Shown here one piece after another: positions 36,078-46,168 of a stretch of DNA of 50,082 nucleotides. Within the stretch, counting starts at the first letter, position 1. Every line of letters starts with the position of its first letter. The translations under genes and the position numbers were made by a program. Source of the stretch: Gaiellaceae bacterium. GTDB taxonomy: Bacteria > Actinomycetota > Thermoleophilia > Gaiellales > Gaiellaceae. The notes beneath the pieces were generated by a model, which did no database searches, was not told the origin of the DNA, and was given only the letters and a program-made list of their open reading frames with translations. The stretch covers positions 1-50,082 of the forward strand of contig JBOHBB010000166.1 in NCBI GenBank assembly GCA_050698135.1, written 5' to 3'.

Positions 36078-37403
36078 ATGGCCGGCTACCGGGAGCTGCT
36101 CGCGAGCGTGCGCTCGGAGATCGAGGAGATCTCGACGATCGAGGCGCAGGAGCGGCACGCCGGCCCCGACTCGCCCCTCTTCGTCGACGTCCGCGAGCCG
36201 GACGAATGGGAGGAGGGCCACATCCCCGGCGCGGTGTACACGGGCCGCGGCCGGCTCGAGCAGCGGATCGAGGGGCTCGTCCCGGACAAGAGCCGCGCAC
36301 TCGTCGTCTACTGCTCCGCGGGCTCGCGCTCGGCGTTCGCGACGAAGGCGCTCGAGGAGCTCGGGTACCTCGACGTCGTCAACCTCGCGGGCGGCTTCTC
36401 CGACTGGAAGCGGAACGGCTTCGACGTCACCATCCCGCGCGTCCTCTCCACCGAGCAGCGCGCGCGCTACAGCCGCCACCTCCTCATCCCCGAGGTCGGC
36501 GAGGACGGGCAGCAGCGGCTGCTCGACGCACGCGTCCTCCTCGTCGGCGCCGGCGGCCTCGGCTCGCCCGCGTCGCTGTACCTCGCCGCAGCGGGCGTCG
36601 GCACGCTCGGGATCGTCGACGCGGACGTCGTCGACGAGTCGAACCTCCAGCGCCAGATCGTCCACGCCACCGACCGGCTCGGAGAGCCGAAGGTGCTCTC
36701 CGCGAAACGGACCGTCGAGGCGCTCAACCCCGACGTGCGTGTCGTCCCGTTCCAGGAGCGCCTGACCTCCGAGAACGTCGACCGCATCCTCGCCGACGGC
36801 TGGGACGTGATCGTCGACGGCGCGGACAACTTCCCCACGCGCTACCTCGTGAACGACGCCTCGGTCTGGCACGGGATCCCGGTCGTGCACGGCTCGATCT
36901 TCCGCTTCGAGGGGCAGGTCACCGTGTTCGCGCCGGGCGAGGGCCCGTGCTATCGCTGCCTCTTCCCGAAGCCGCCGCCCCCGGAGCTCGCCCCGAGCTG
37001 CGCGGAGGGCGGCGTCCTCGGCGTCCTGCCGGGGATCATCGGCTCGATCCAGGCGAGCGAGGCGCTGAAGCTGATCCTCGACCGGGGCGACTCGCTCTCC
37101 GGCCGGCTGCTCCTCTTCGACGCGCTCGGGACGACGCTCGACGAGGTGATCGTGCGCCGCGACCCGGAGTGCCCCGTGTGCGGCGAGCACCCGACGATCA
37201 CCGAGTACATCGACTACGTCGAGTTCTGCAACGCCTCTGCGGCATCCCGGCCGGAGTCGGCTCTCGCCGGGCGAAGCCCGGCTTCGCCGCCCCCTGCCGC
37301 CGTTGCCGGCACCTCGCCTTCCGGGCCCGTGCCTCGTCGCACTGTGCCCTCCGGCCCGGCACCGGCAACGGCGACCCGGGGAAGCGCAGAGGAGGGTGAC
37401 TGA
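36078..37403 (+). CDS. Rhodanese-E1 fusion: MoeB/ThiF/MoeZ-type sulfur-carrier adenylyltransferase with an N-terminal rhodanese domain
   Basis: - ATG 36078. The ORF-track start at 35874 would overlap the TPR gene.
- Rhodanese active-site loop: VVYCSAGSRS.
- E1 motifs: LLVGAGGLGSPASLYLAAAGVG, DESNLQRQ, CYRC...CPVC and PSCAEGGVLG.
- About 55 aa of P/S/A-rich tail. Confidence 0.85.
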   Translation: MAGYRELLASVRSEIEEISTIEAQERHAGPDSPLFVDVREPDEWEEGHIPGAVYTGRGRLEQRIEGLVPDKSRALVVYCSAGSRSAFATKALEELGYLDVVNLAGGFSDWKRNGFDVTIPRVLSTEQRARYSRHLLIPEVGEDGQQRLLDARVLLVGAGGLGSPASLYLAAAGVGTLGIVDADVVDESNLQRQIVHATDRLGEPKVLSAKRTVEALNPDVRVVPFQERLTSENVDRILADGWDVIVDGADNFPTRYLVNDASVWHGIPVVHGSIFRFEGQVTVFAPGEGPCYRCLFPKPPPPELAPSCAEGGVLGVLPGIIGSIQASEALKLILDRGDSLSGRLLLFDALGTTLDEVIVRRDPECPVCGEHPTITEYIDYVEFCNASAASRPESALAGRSPASPPPAAVAGTSPSGPVPRRTVPSGPAPATATRGSAEEGD

Positions 37404-37690
37404 TGGCCGCGGTCCGCATCCCGCCCACGCTCCGCGCGGAGGTCGGCGGCGCCCGGCAGCTCGAGGCCGACGGGGAGACCGTCGCCGACGTCCTCGACGA
37501 CCTCGTCGAGCGGCATCCCGCCCTCCGCCCGCAGCTCCTCGCGGACGGCGAGCTCGCGCCCTTCGTGAACGTGTTCGTCGGCGGCGAGGACATCCGCACG
37601 CTCGACGGCACGGAGACGCCGGTCCGGAACGGCGACAGCCTCATCCTCCTGCCCGCCATGGCGGGCGGCAGCCCCTCCGCTGCCGCGTAG
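37403..37690 (+). CDS. cysO: MoaD/ThiS-family sulfur-carrier protein (CysO-like) with a 6-residue extension after Gly-Gly
   Basis: The ATG shares one base with the E1 stop (TGATG), and GGAGGG lies upstream. 95 aa ending ...GDSLILLPAMAGG-SPSAAA. Confidence 0.8.
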   Translation: MAAVRIPPTLRAEVGGARQLEADGETVADVLDDLVERHPALRPQLLADGELAPFVNVFVGGEDIRTLDGTETPVRNGDSLILLPAMAGGSPSAAA

Positions 37691-37697
37691 CGGCTGC

Positions 37698-38636
37698 ATG
37701 GCCAGGGCGCTCGCACCCTCGCTTCTCGACCTCGTCGGGTCGACGCCGCTCGTCGAGCTGCCGCGACTCTCGCCGAAGCCTGCGGTCCGCCTGTACGCGA
37801 AGCTCGAGGGCCAGAACCCGACCGGCTCGATCAAGGACCGCGTCGCGAAGGCGATGATCGACGCGGCCGAGGCGTCTGGGGAGCTCGAGCCGGGACGCCG
37901 CCTGCTCGAGCCGACGAGCGGGAACACCGGGATCTCGCTCGCGCTCCTCGCGAAGCTCCGGGGGTACGCGCTCACCTGCGTGATGCCGGCGAGCGTGACC
38001 GAGGAGCGGCGTCGGCTTCTTCGCCTGTACGGCGCCGAGATCGTCGAGTCGCCGGCGGAGGAGGGATCGAACGGCGCCGTCCGCCTCGCGCTCCGGCTCG
38101 CGGAGCAGGATCCCACGTACTTCATGCCGTTCCAGTACGCGAACGAGGCGAACCCGCGCGCGCACTACGAAGGCACCGGCGCGGAGATCGCCGCCGAGCT
38201 CGATCGCGTCGACGTCCTCGTCGCCGGGCTCGGGACCGGCGGCACGCTGATGGGGGCGGGCGACCGACTGCGCGAGGCGTTCCCGGGCCTCGTCGTCGCC
38301 GCGGCCGAGCCGCTCCCGGGCGACGAGGTCATGGGCCTGCGCTCGCTCGCGGACGGCTACGTCCCGCCGATCCTCGACGTCTCGAAGCTCGACCGGAAGC
38401 TCCTCGTCTCGAACGAGGAGTCGGTCGCGGGGCTCCGGCTCCTGCTCGAGCGGGAAGGCGTGTTCGGCGGCGTCTCCTCGGGCGCCGTGATCCATGCCGC
38501 GCGCAGGGTGGCCGACGAGCTCGACGAGGGCGTCGTCGTCTGCGTCCTCGCGGACGGCGGCTGGAAGTACCTGTCCGCAGGCTTCTGGGACGCCGAGGAC
38601 GTCGAGGCGGCGATGGAGCGCTCCGTCTGGTGGTGA
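37698..38636 (+). CDS. cysM: PLP-dependent cysteine synthase, CysM-type by context
   Basis: GQNPTGSIKDRVA (PLP lysine), TSGNTGISLA and GLGTGGTLMG. It is flanked by the CysO-like and JAMM genes. Confidence 0.85.
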   Translation: MARALAPSLLDLVGSTPLVELPRLSPKPAVRLYAKLEGQNPTGSIKDRVAKAMIDAAEASGELEPGRRLLEPTSGNTGISLALLAKLRGYALTCVMPASVTEERRRLLRLYGAEIVESPAEEGSNGAVRLALRLAEQDPTYFMPFQYANEANPRAHYEGTGAEIAAELDRVDVLVAGLGTGGTLMGAGDRLREAFPGLVVAAAEPLPGDEVMGLRSLADGYVPPILDVSKLDRKLLVSNEESVAGLRLLLEREGVFGGVSSGAVIHAARRVADELDEGVVVCVLADGGWKYLSAGFWDAEDVEAAMERSVWW

Positions 38637-39034
38637 TCCCGGCTCCCGTGCTCCGCGAGCTCGAGGAGCACGCGCGGACGGAGGAGCCGAACGAGGCGTG
38701 CGGCCTCGTCGTCCTCGAGGACGGCGTCGCCACGCGCTACGTGCGCGGGCGGAACGCGGCCGCGTCGCCGTACCGGTTCGAGCTCGAGGTCGACCCCGAG
38801 ACGTGGTTCCTCGAGGACGACGGGTACGAGCTCGCGGTCTTCCACTCGCACCTCTCGTCGCCCCCGCGCCCCTCGCGGACGGACGTCGAGAACATCGGGC
38901 TCTGGGCCGGGCGCCCGTACCTCATCTACACGCTGCGGACGGGCGAGCTCGCCGCCTGGCGGATCGAGCACGGCAGGATCGAGCCGCTCGCGATCGCCGC
39001 GTCGCCCGCGCGCACCGTCCCGAGGCCCGGCTAG
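38630..39034 (+). CDS. mec: JAMM/MPN+ metalloprotease (Mec+-like)
   Basis: GTG 38630 overlaps the cysM end by 7 nt. EACGLVV and FHSHLSSPPRPSRTD (HxHx7Sx2D). Confidence 0.85.
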   Translation: MVIPAPVLRELEEHARTEEPNEACGLVVLEDGVATRYVRGRNAAASPYRFELEVDPETWFLEDDGYELAVFHSHLSSPPRPSRTDVENIGLWAGRPYLIYTLRTGELAAWRIEHGRIEPLAIAASPARTVPRPG

Positions 39035-39999
39035 AGCTCGACGGCGCCGCGCTCCGCGGCCGAGCGGTAGAGGGCGTCGATCGCGCGCGCCTGGCCGAGC
39101 GCGTCCTCGCGGCCGAGGAGCGCCGGAGCCACGCCCGCCGCGGCGTCGGCGAAGTTCGCGAGCTGGCGCACGTACGAGTCGGCTTCGGGCACGTCGACGC
39201 GGGTCACCTCGCCGTCGCGCTCGAGGAGCACGTCGCCGCCCCAGTCGACCCGCCACGGCGCCTCGACTCGCAGGCGTCCGTTCTCCCCGACGACCTGGAG
39301 CTCCTGGTGTCGCGGCGCCTCGAGCGAGCATCGGAGCTCGCCGACGGTGCCGTCGGGAAAGCGCAGCGCGCCCCGGAAGGACATGTCGACGCCACTCGAT
39401 CCGACGATCTGCTCACCGACAGCCGACTCGGGCTCGCCCGCGAGCAGGCGCAACCCGGAGACGCAGTAGCAGCCGACGTCCATGAGCGACCCTCCCTCGA
39501 GCTCGGCGCTTGCCCGGATGTCCTCCATGCTCCCGAGCTGGAACGCGAACGCGGCCCGGACGAGACGCGGAGCGCCGATCGCCCCCTCGCGGACGAGGCC
39601 GGCGACGACGGCCGTCTGAGGGTGGTGGCGGTACATGAACGCCTCCATGAGCACGAGTCCCGACCGCCCCGCGACGGCGAACGCCTCCTCGACCTCGCCC
39701 GGATGCCGCGAGTACGGCTTCTCGCACAGCACGTGTTTCCCCGCCGCCAGCGCGCGCATCGTCCACTCGTGGTGGAGCCCGTTCGGCAGCGAGACGTACA
39801 CGGCGTCGACCTCGGCGTCGGCGAGCAGCCCCTCGTAGGAGCCGTGCGCCCACTCGAGCCCGCGCTCGCGCGCGTAGGCCTCCGCCCGCACGAGGTCGCG
39901 GCTGGCCACCGCGACGACCGAGATGTCGTCACGGGCCGCGGCCGCGGCGAGGATCTCGCGGTTGATGTTCGCGGTCGACAGCAGCCCGAGCCGGAGCAC
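39031..39999 (-). CDS. Gfo/Idh/MocA-family oxidoreductase
   Basis: GTG 39999. LGLLSTANINREIL, VYVSLPNGLHHEW and GKHVLCEKP. Confidence 0.85.
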   Translation of the reverse strand: MLRLGLLSTANINREILAAAAARDDISVVAVASRDLVRAEAYARERGLEWAHGSYEGLLADAEVDAVYVSLPNGLHHEWTMRALAAGKHVLCEKPYSRHPGEVEEAFAVAGRSGLVLMEAFMYRHHPQTAVVAGLVREGAIGAPRLVRAAFAFQLGSMEDIRASAELEGGSLMDVGCYCVSGLRLLAGEPESAVGEQIVGSSGVDMSFRGALRFPDGTVGELRCSLEAPRHQELQVVGENGRLRVEAPWRVDWGGDVLLERDGEVTRVDVPEADSYVRQLANFADAAAGVAPALLGREDALGQARAIDALYRSAAERGAVEL

Positions 40000-40002
40000 G
40001 GC

Positions 40003-41193
<1,191 letters not shown>

Positions 41194-41199
41194 CGGTCA

Positions 41200-42072
41200 T
41201 CAGCCTTTCAGCGCTCCGGCCATCAGGCCGCGCATGAAGTAGCGGCCCAGCAGGATGTACACGATGAGTGTCGGCAGCGAGGCGATCAGCGCCGCGGCCA
41301 TCTGCACGTTGTAGGGGGTCACGAGCGATCCGGTCGTGTTGTTGAGCGCGACGGTCACGGGCCAGGACGCAGGGTCGGTGACGATGAACACCGCGAACAG
41401 GAAGTCGTTCCAGATCGAGGTGAACTGCCAGATCGCGGTCACGACGAAGGCGGGCGCCGAGATCGGGAGCACGACGGACCAGTATGTCCGCAGCATCCCG
41501 GCCCGGTCCATCCGCGCCGCCTCGATCAGGTCCTCGGGGATCGTGGCGTAGTAGCTGCGGAAGATCAGCGTCGTGATCGGAATGCCGTAGACGATGTGCG
41601 CGAACGCGAGCCGTGGGATTCCCTCCGGGAAGTCGACGTCGATGAAGATCTGCGTGAGCGGGATCATCACCGCCTGGTACGGGATGAAGAGGCCGAACAG
41701 CAGGAAGAGGAAGACGAGGTCGGCGCCGGGGAAGCGCCATCGCGACAGGACGAAGCCGTTCAGCGAGCCGATGACCGTGGAGATGAGCGTCGCGGGGATG
41801 ACGAGCTTGAGGCTGTTCTTCAGGAACGGGAGGAGGCCGTACTGCTCGCCGTTCCACGCCTCGCGCCACGCGTCGAGGCTCCACGACTCCGGCAACGCCC
41901 AGGCGCGGCTCGGGTCCGCCTCGCCGGCCCCTTTGAAGCTCGCGACGAGCAGCACGTAGATGGGCAGGAGGACGACGATCGCGGCGAAGACGAGCGCCGC
42001 GTACTTGAGTACGCGCACGCCCGTGCCGCGACGGCGGCGGCGGCGCATGCGGCCGAGGGCGACCGAGGTCAT
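41200..42072 (-). CDS. Carbohydrate ABC transporter permease (CUT1)
   Basis: ATG 42072 (4-nt overlap with the upstream permease). EAA loop: IEAARMDRAGMLRTYWSVVLP. Confidence 0.85.
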   Translation of the reverse strand: MTSVALGRMRRRRRRGTGVRVLKYAALVFAAIVVLLPIYVLLVASFKGAGEADPSRAWALPESWSLDAWREAWNGEQYGLLPFLKNSLKLVIPATLISTVIGSLNGFVLSRWRFPGADLVFLFLLFGLFIPYQAVMIPLTQIFIDVDFPEGIPRLAFAHIVYGIPITTLIFRSYYATIPEDLIEAARMDRAGMLRTYWSVVLPISAPAFVVTAIWQFTSIWNDFLFAVFIVTDPASWPVTVALNNTTGSLVTPYNVQMAAALIASLPTLIVYILLGRYFMRGLMAGALKG

Positions 42073-43025
42073 ACGCGCCGCTCCGAGCGAACGGTGTAGA
42101 TCAGGTACGGGACGATGAGCACCGAGATCCCGACCAGGAGGAGCGTCGCGATCGCAGCTCCCTTCGCGTAGTCGCGCGCGTCGTAGATCAGGATCCACAT
42201 GTAGACCGCCGGCGTCTGCGTGATCAGCTGCTTCCCGCCGATGGCGACGATCAGGTCGAAGACCTTGATCGAGATGTGGCCGAGGATGATGAGCGCGGAC
42301 AGCGTCACCGGGCGCAGGTGCGGGAAGACCACGTGGCGGTACACGCGCCACTCCGAGGCGCCGTCCATGCGCGCCGCCTCGCGGAGCTCCTCGGGGACGC
42401 CGCGGAAGCCCGCGAGGTAGAGCGCCATGATGTACCCGGAGAGCGCCCACATCGCCGGCAGCGCGAGCGCGGCCGCGCCCCAGTCGGCCCCCAGGTACCA
42501 CTCGTTCGCGAGGAAGCCGAGACCGAGCCTGTCGAAGAGCAGGTTGAAGCCCGTGGCCCGGTCGCCCGGGGCGGGGTTCATCAGCCACCGCCAGACGACG
42601 CCGGCCGCGATGAACGACACCGCCATCGGGAAGAGGTAGATCGCGCGGAACATCCCCTCGCCCTTCACGCCCTTGTCGAGCAGGAACGCGAGCGAGCCGC
42701 CGACGATCAGCGCCCCGAGCACAAACGCCACGGTGAAGAGCAGCGCGTGGTGCAGGTCGATGATCCAGGCAGGATCGGTGCTGAGGCTCTCCGGCTGGTC
42801 GCCCGTCGCGACGGCGCGGACGAACTCACCCGTCTCCCCCGCTCCGGAAGGGAACAGCTCCTTGTACGCGCTCGTGTCGAACCCCGAGGTCTCCTCCGCC
42901 TGGCGCCAGTCGGAGAGGGAGACCTTGACGTTCCAGCCGATGAGCCCGTAGACGAAGACCGCGACGAGCAAGATCGACGGGGAGACCAGGAGAAGCCCTG
43001 GTCCCCACCGTCTGATCTTCCTCAC
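42069..43025 (-). CDS. Carbohydrate ABC transporter permease (CUT1)
   Basis: GTG 43025 follows GGAGG. EAA loop: REAARMDGASEWRVYRHVVFP. Confidence 0.85.
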   Translation of the reverse strand: MRKIRRWGPGLLLVSPSILLVAVFVYGLIGWNVKVSLSDWRQAEETSGFDTSAYKELFPSGAGETGEFVRAVATGDQPESLSTDPAWIIDLHHALLFTVAFVLGALIVGGSLAFLLDKGVKGEGMFRAIYLFPMAVSFIAAGVVWRWLMNPAPGDRATGFNLLFDRLGLGFLANEWYLGADWGAAALALPAMWALSGYIMALYLAGFRGVPEELREAARMDGASEWRVYRHVVFPHLRPVTLSALIILGHISIKVFDLIVAIGGKQLITQTPAVYMWILIYDARDYAKGAAIATLLLVGISVLIVPYLIYTVRSERRV

Positions 43026-43083
43026 AGGATGCCTCCGGCCGTCGCGTGTGGGGGCATCGCCGTGTTTCTCGCTCCTGTTGCTC

Positions 43084-44415
43084 CTACTTCGCGTTCTTCT
43101 TCGCGGCCGCGACGAGCGCGGTCTGGAATCGAGAGACGCTCTTGTTCTGCAGGAACAGCCCGAGCGCGGTGTCGATGTCCGCGTTCCAGGCGTTCGATGC
43201 CACGACGCCGTGGGCCAGCGACCCTGCCAGCGCATCGGACTTCCAGTCCCTGAGCGCGGTCTTCAGGTACGGGCCGTAGAGCCTCGTGTTCGCGTCCTTC
43301 CGGGCCGGAATCGAGCCCTTCACCGGGTTGAACGTGTCCTGGGCGAGCCTGCTCCCGAGGAACGTCAGCCACTTCACGGCCGCCGCGCGATGCGGTGCGC
43401 CCTTCGGCAGCGTGAAGCTGTCGGACAGCCAGTCGTAGACGTTGTCCGTGCCCGGCACCGGCGCCCAGCCGTAGCCGGTCCCCGGCTTCAGGGCGAGGTT
43501 GCCGCCCTTCTTCGTGCCGCTGAAGTAGCCGTCCTGCCAGTCACCCATGATGTTGAAGGCGGCCTTCCCGTCAGCGACGAGCTTCCCCGCCTCCTGCCAG
43601 GTGAGCGATCCCGCGTCCGAGTTCGTGAACTCGAGGACCGCGTTGTAGCGGTTGAGCGCGGCGGTGACGTTCCTGGCCGACCACTTGCTCGCCGAGCCCG
43701 GCCGCCAGAGAGCCGCCCAGCCCTTCGGGCCGAGCGCGCCGATCATGACGGTCTCGAGCAGGTGCTTCGCGGTCCACTGCTCGCCCATCGCGAGCGGGGT
43801 CAGCCCGGCGTCCTCGGCCTTCTGGAGCGCCGTCATGAACTGCCCCCAGGTCCTCGGGACCGTGATGCCGTTCGACCGCAGCGTCCTCGGATTGAACCAG
43901 AGGACGTTCGCCCGGTGGATGTTCACCGGCACCGAGTAGATCTTGCCCTGGTACCGGATCTGGCTGAGGAGCGACGCGGGCATCGACTTCCCGAATCCGG
44001 CCTGCCTGTAGATGAAGTCGACCGGCAGGACCTGGCCGGCCTTGATGTAGTCGCGGAGCTCCGCCCCGGCGTGGCCCTGGAACGAGTCGGGCGGGTTGCC
44101 CGCGGCGAGCCGCTGGGCGAGGACGGCCTTGGCGTTCGATCCCGCGCCGCCCGCAACCGTCTCGTTCTTGAACTGGCAGTCCGGGTTCTGCCTGTTCCAG
44201 ATCTTGATCAGGCGGTCGAGGCCTGCCGCCTCGCCCCCGCCCGTCCACCACGAGAACACGGACAGCTGACATGCCTGGTCGCTCGTCCCCTGGACTCCGA
44301 GCCCGGAAGCCGGGAGCGCGAGCGCCGCGACGACCGCGACGACCGCCGCTGCGAGCACGGTCGGGCGCGAGATACGCACGCGACGTGCCCGCCTAGGTCT
44401 CTCCCACATCACCAT
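43084..44415 (-). CDS. ABC transporter extracellular solute-binding protein (family 1)
   Basis: Signal/anchor RISRPTVLAAAVVAVVAALALPASG. Typical SBP_bac_1 features (FSWWTGGGE, DSFQGHAG, NIMGDWQ). GAGGAGGA abuts ATG 44415, so the ATG at 44409 may be the real start. Confidence 0.85.
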   Translation of the reverse strand: MVMWERPRRARRVRISRPTVLAAAVVAVVAALALPASGLGVQGTSDQACQLSVFSWWTGGGEAAGLDRLIKIWNRQNPDCQFKNETVAGGAGSNAKAVLAQRLAAGNPPDSFQGHAGAELRDYIKAGQVLPVDFIYRQAGFGKSMPASLLSQIRYQGKIYSVPVNIHRANVLWFNPRTLRSNGITVPRTWGQFMTALQKAEDAGLTPLAMGEQWTAKHLLETVMIGALGPKGWAALWRPGSASKWSARNVTAALNRYNAVLEFTNSDAGSLTWQEAGKLVADGKAAFNIMGDWQDGYFSGTKKGGNLALKPGTGYGWAPVPGTDNVYDWLSDSFTLPKGAPHRAAAVKWLTFLGSRLAQDTFNPVKGSIPARKDANTRLYGPYLKTALRDWKSDALAGSLAHGVVASNAWNADIDTALGLFLQNKSVSRFQTALVAAAKKNAK

Positions 44416-44511
44416 TCCTCCTCTTCTCGATCGACGTATCGCCGGGGAGTCAAGTTCACCCCGCGTGTCGTGTCAACCGGATTTTCCCGCAGGACGGTCG
44501 CGCACGTCTCC

Positions 44512-45552
44512 TCAGCGCGTGGGAGGCTCGAGCGACCCGGCGCCGTCGACGGCCCGGGGGCGAATGGCCCACGCCTCGCGACCCGTGCGCTCCTCGTACC
44601 GGACGGTCGCTTCCCGCGCGATCCGGTCCGCCCGGGTGGCGTCGCAGACGGCAACCGCGCAGCCACCGAAGCCGCCGCCCATCAACCGGGCGCCGAGTGC
44701 GCCGGCGCCCTCGAGCTCGGCGACGAGGGCGTCGAGCTCCGGCGTGGAGATGCGGAAGTCGTCGCGCAGGCTCGCGTGGCTCTCGGCCAGCAGCCGACCG
44801 AGCCGCTCGACGTCGCCCGCCTCGAGCGCACCTGCTGCCTCGAGCACTCTCGCGTTCTCGCCGACGACGTGGCGTCCGAGCGGCTCGTCGGCGACCTGCT
44901 CCCACGTGGCGTCGCGAAGCGCGCGGACGCCGAGGCGCCGTGCGAGCAGCGCGCACTCGCTCCTCCGATCGGCGTACCCGGTCGCGTCCAGGGCGCGGGA
45001 CGTCCCCGAGTCGACGACGAGGACGCCGAGGTCCTCCGGCAGGGCGACGAGGCGGATCTCGAGCGAGCGGCAATCGACGAGGAGCGCGTGGCCGGCGCTG
45101 CCGAGGGCCGAGGTCAGCTGGTCCATGATCCCGCAGGGGACGCCGGTCGCGACCTCCTCGGCCCTGCGGCAGGCTTCGGCGAGCTCGTGCGGCGTGGCCT
45201 GCCAGCCCGCGGTGTCGGACAGCGCCGTCGCCACCGCCACCTCGAGCGCCGCGCTGGAGGACAGGCCTGCGCCGAGTGGCACGTCCGAGGCGAGCACGGC
45301 GTCGATGCCGACCGGCGGGCGGCCGAGCGCCGCGAGCTCGCGGACGACGCCACCGACGTACCTGCCCCAGGCCGGCCGTACGGCGGCGGGATCGGCCGTC
45401 CCGTCCGGCGGGACCTCGACGTCGTCTCCGGTGTCGAGCGAGCGCACCCGCACGACCTCGGCGGGGCGAGCAGCGAGGACGCACGACCGGTCGAGCGCGA
45501 ACGGGAGGACGAGCCCCTCGTTGTAGTCCGTGTGCTCGCCGATCAGGTTCAC
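44512..45552 (-). CDS. galK: Galactokinase (N-terminal boundary unresolved)
   Basis: VNLIGEHTDYNEG (motif I), PLGAGLSSSAALEVAVA (GHMP motif II) and MGGGFGGCAVAV (motif III). The frame is open and coding-like upstream (...TRWFRAPGR), but contains no ATG/GTG/TTG. Confidence 0.8.
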   Translation of the reverse strand: MNLIGEHTDYNEGLVLPFALDRSCVLAARPAEVVRVRSLDTGDDVEVPPDGTADPAAVRPAWGRYVGGVVRELAALGRPPVGIDAVLASDVPLGAGLSSSAALEVAVATALSDTAGWQATPHELAEACRRAEEVATGVPCGIMDQLTSALGSAGHALLVDCRSLEIRLVALPEDLGVLVVDSGTSRALDATGYADRRSECALLARRLGVRALRDATWEQVADEPLGRHVVGENARVLEAAGALEAGDVERLGRLLAESHASLRDDFRISTPELDALVAELEGAGALGARLMGGGFGGCAVAVCDATRADRIAREATVRYEERTGREAWAIRPRAVDGAGSLEPPTR

Positions 45553-45641
45553 CCGCCCGGGAGCGCGGAACCAACGCGTCCCCCCGGCCGGGTCGATCGC
45601 AGCGGCGACCCGGGCTGCGGCGCTCTCTCCGACCGGCGGCC

Positions 45642-46076
45642 CTACGAGCCGGAGACCTCGAGGCTCCCGTTCATCGAGCTCGCGTGCGGATCGCAGACGA
45701 ACGAGTACGTCCCCGGCTCGAGCTCGACCTGGAAGGTCTCCGTGCCCGACTCGCCCACCTCGGTCGACACGTCGATGCCTCCGGGACCGGTCAGGTGGAA
45801 GTTGTGGGCCGACGACTTGTCGTCGACCTGGAGCTCGTAGCTCCCGGGGGCGAGGACGCCAGGAGCCTGGCGGGTCGCGGTCGTGACGCTGATCTCGAAC
45901 CCGGGGCCGACGCTGCCGAGGAGGGTGCTGCCCGCCTGGGTGGCTTCCGTCGTCGTCTCCGTCGTCGTGTCGGTGTCGGTCCCGCTCTCCTCGTCGTCGC
46001 CGCCGCAGCCCGCTGCCGCAAGGACGCCCACGGCGAGGAGCGCCGCGAGTCCAAATCGCACCGAGCTCGCTCTCAT
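45642..46076 (-). CDS. Cupredoxin-like lipoprotein
   Basis: ATG 46076 follows GGAAGGAGGGG. Lipobox LAAAGC. D/E/T-rich linker. Type-1 copper-like ligands: AHNFHL and FVCDPHASSM. Confidence 0.7.
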   Translation of the reverse strand: MRASSVRFGLAALLAVGVLAAAGCGGDDEESGTDTDTTTETTTEATQAGSTLLGSVGPGFEISVTTATRQAPGVLAPGSYELQVDDKSSAHNFHLTGPGGIDVSTEVGESGTETFQVELEPGTYSFVCDPHASSMNGSLEVSGS

Positions 46077-46168
46077 CCGTCCCCTCCTTCCTTGCTCGCT
46101 GGACGATACGTCACTTCGGAGCGAACGGATGCCTCGAGGCGCCGGCACGGCCTCCGTAGAATCGCGGC

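Noticed and set aside
36078-39034. The E1 + ubiquitin-like + JAMM genes as a bacterial ubiquitin-like conjugation or defence system.
   Set aside because: A PLP-dependent cysteine synthase is embedded between the carrier and the JAMM protease, and the E1 carries a rhodanese domain. This matches the known CysO sulfur-transfer pathway. No E2-like gene is present.
39031-39034. A palindromic CTAG provides the stop codons of both convergent genes (mec TAG and oxidoreductase TAG).
   Set aside because: The observation is real, but it is a trivial consequence of tight convergent packing. No functional implication can be argued from the sequence.
44425-44476. Two TTGAC(A/T) hexamers in the galK/solute-binding-protein intergenic region as an internal promoter.
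   Set aside because: No acceptable -10 hexamer lies at 16-18 nt spacing from either copy, so I could not support a promoter call.
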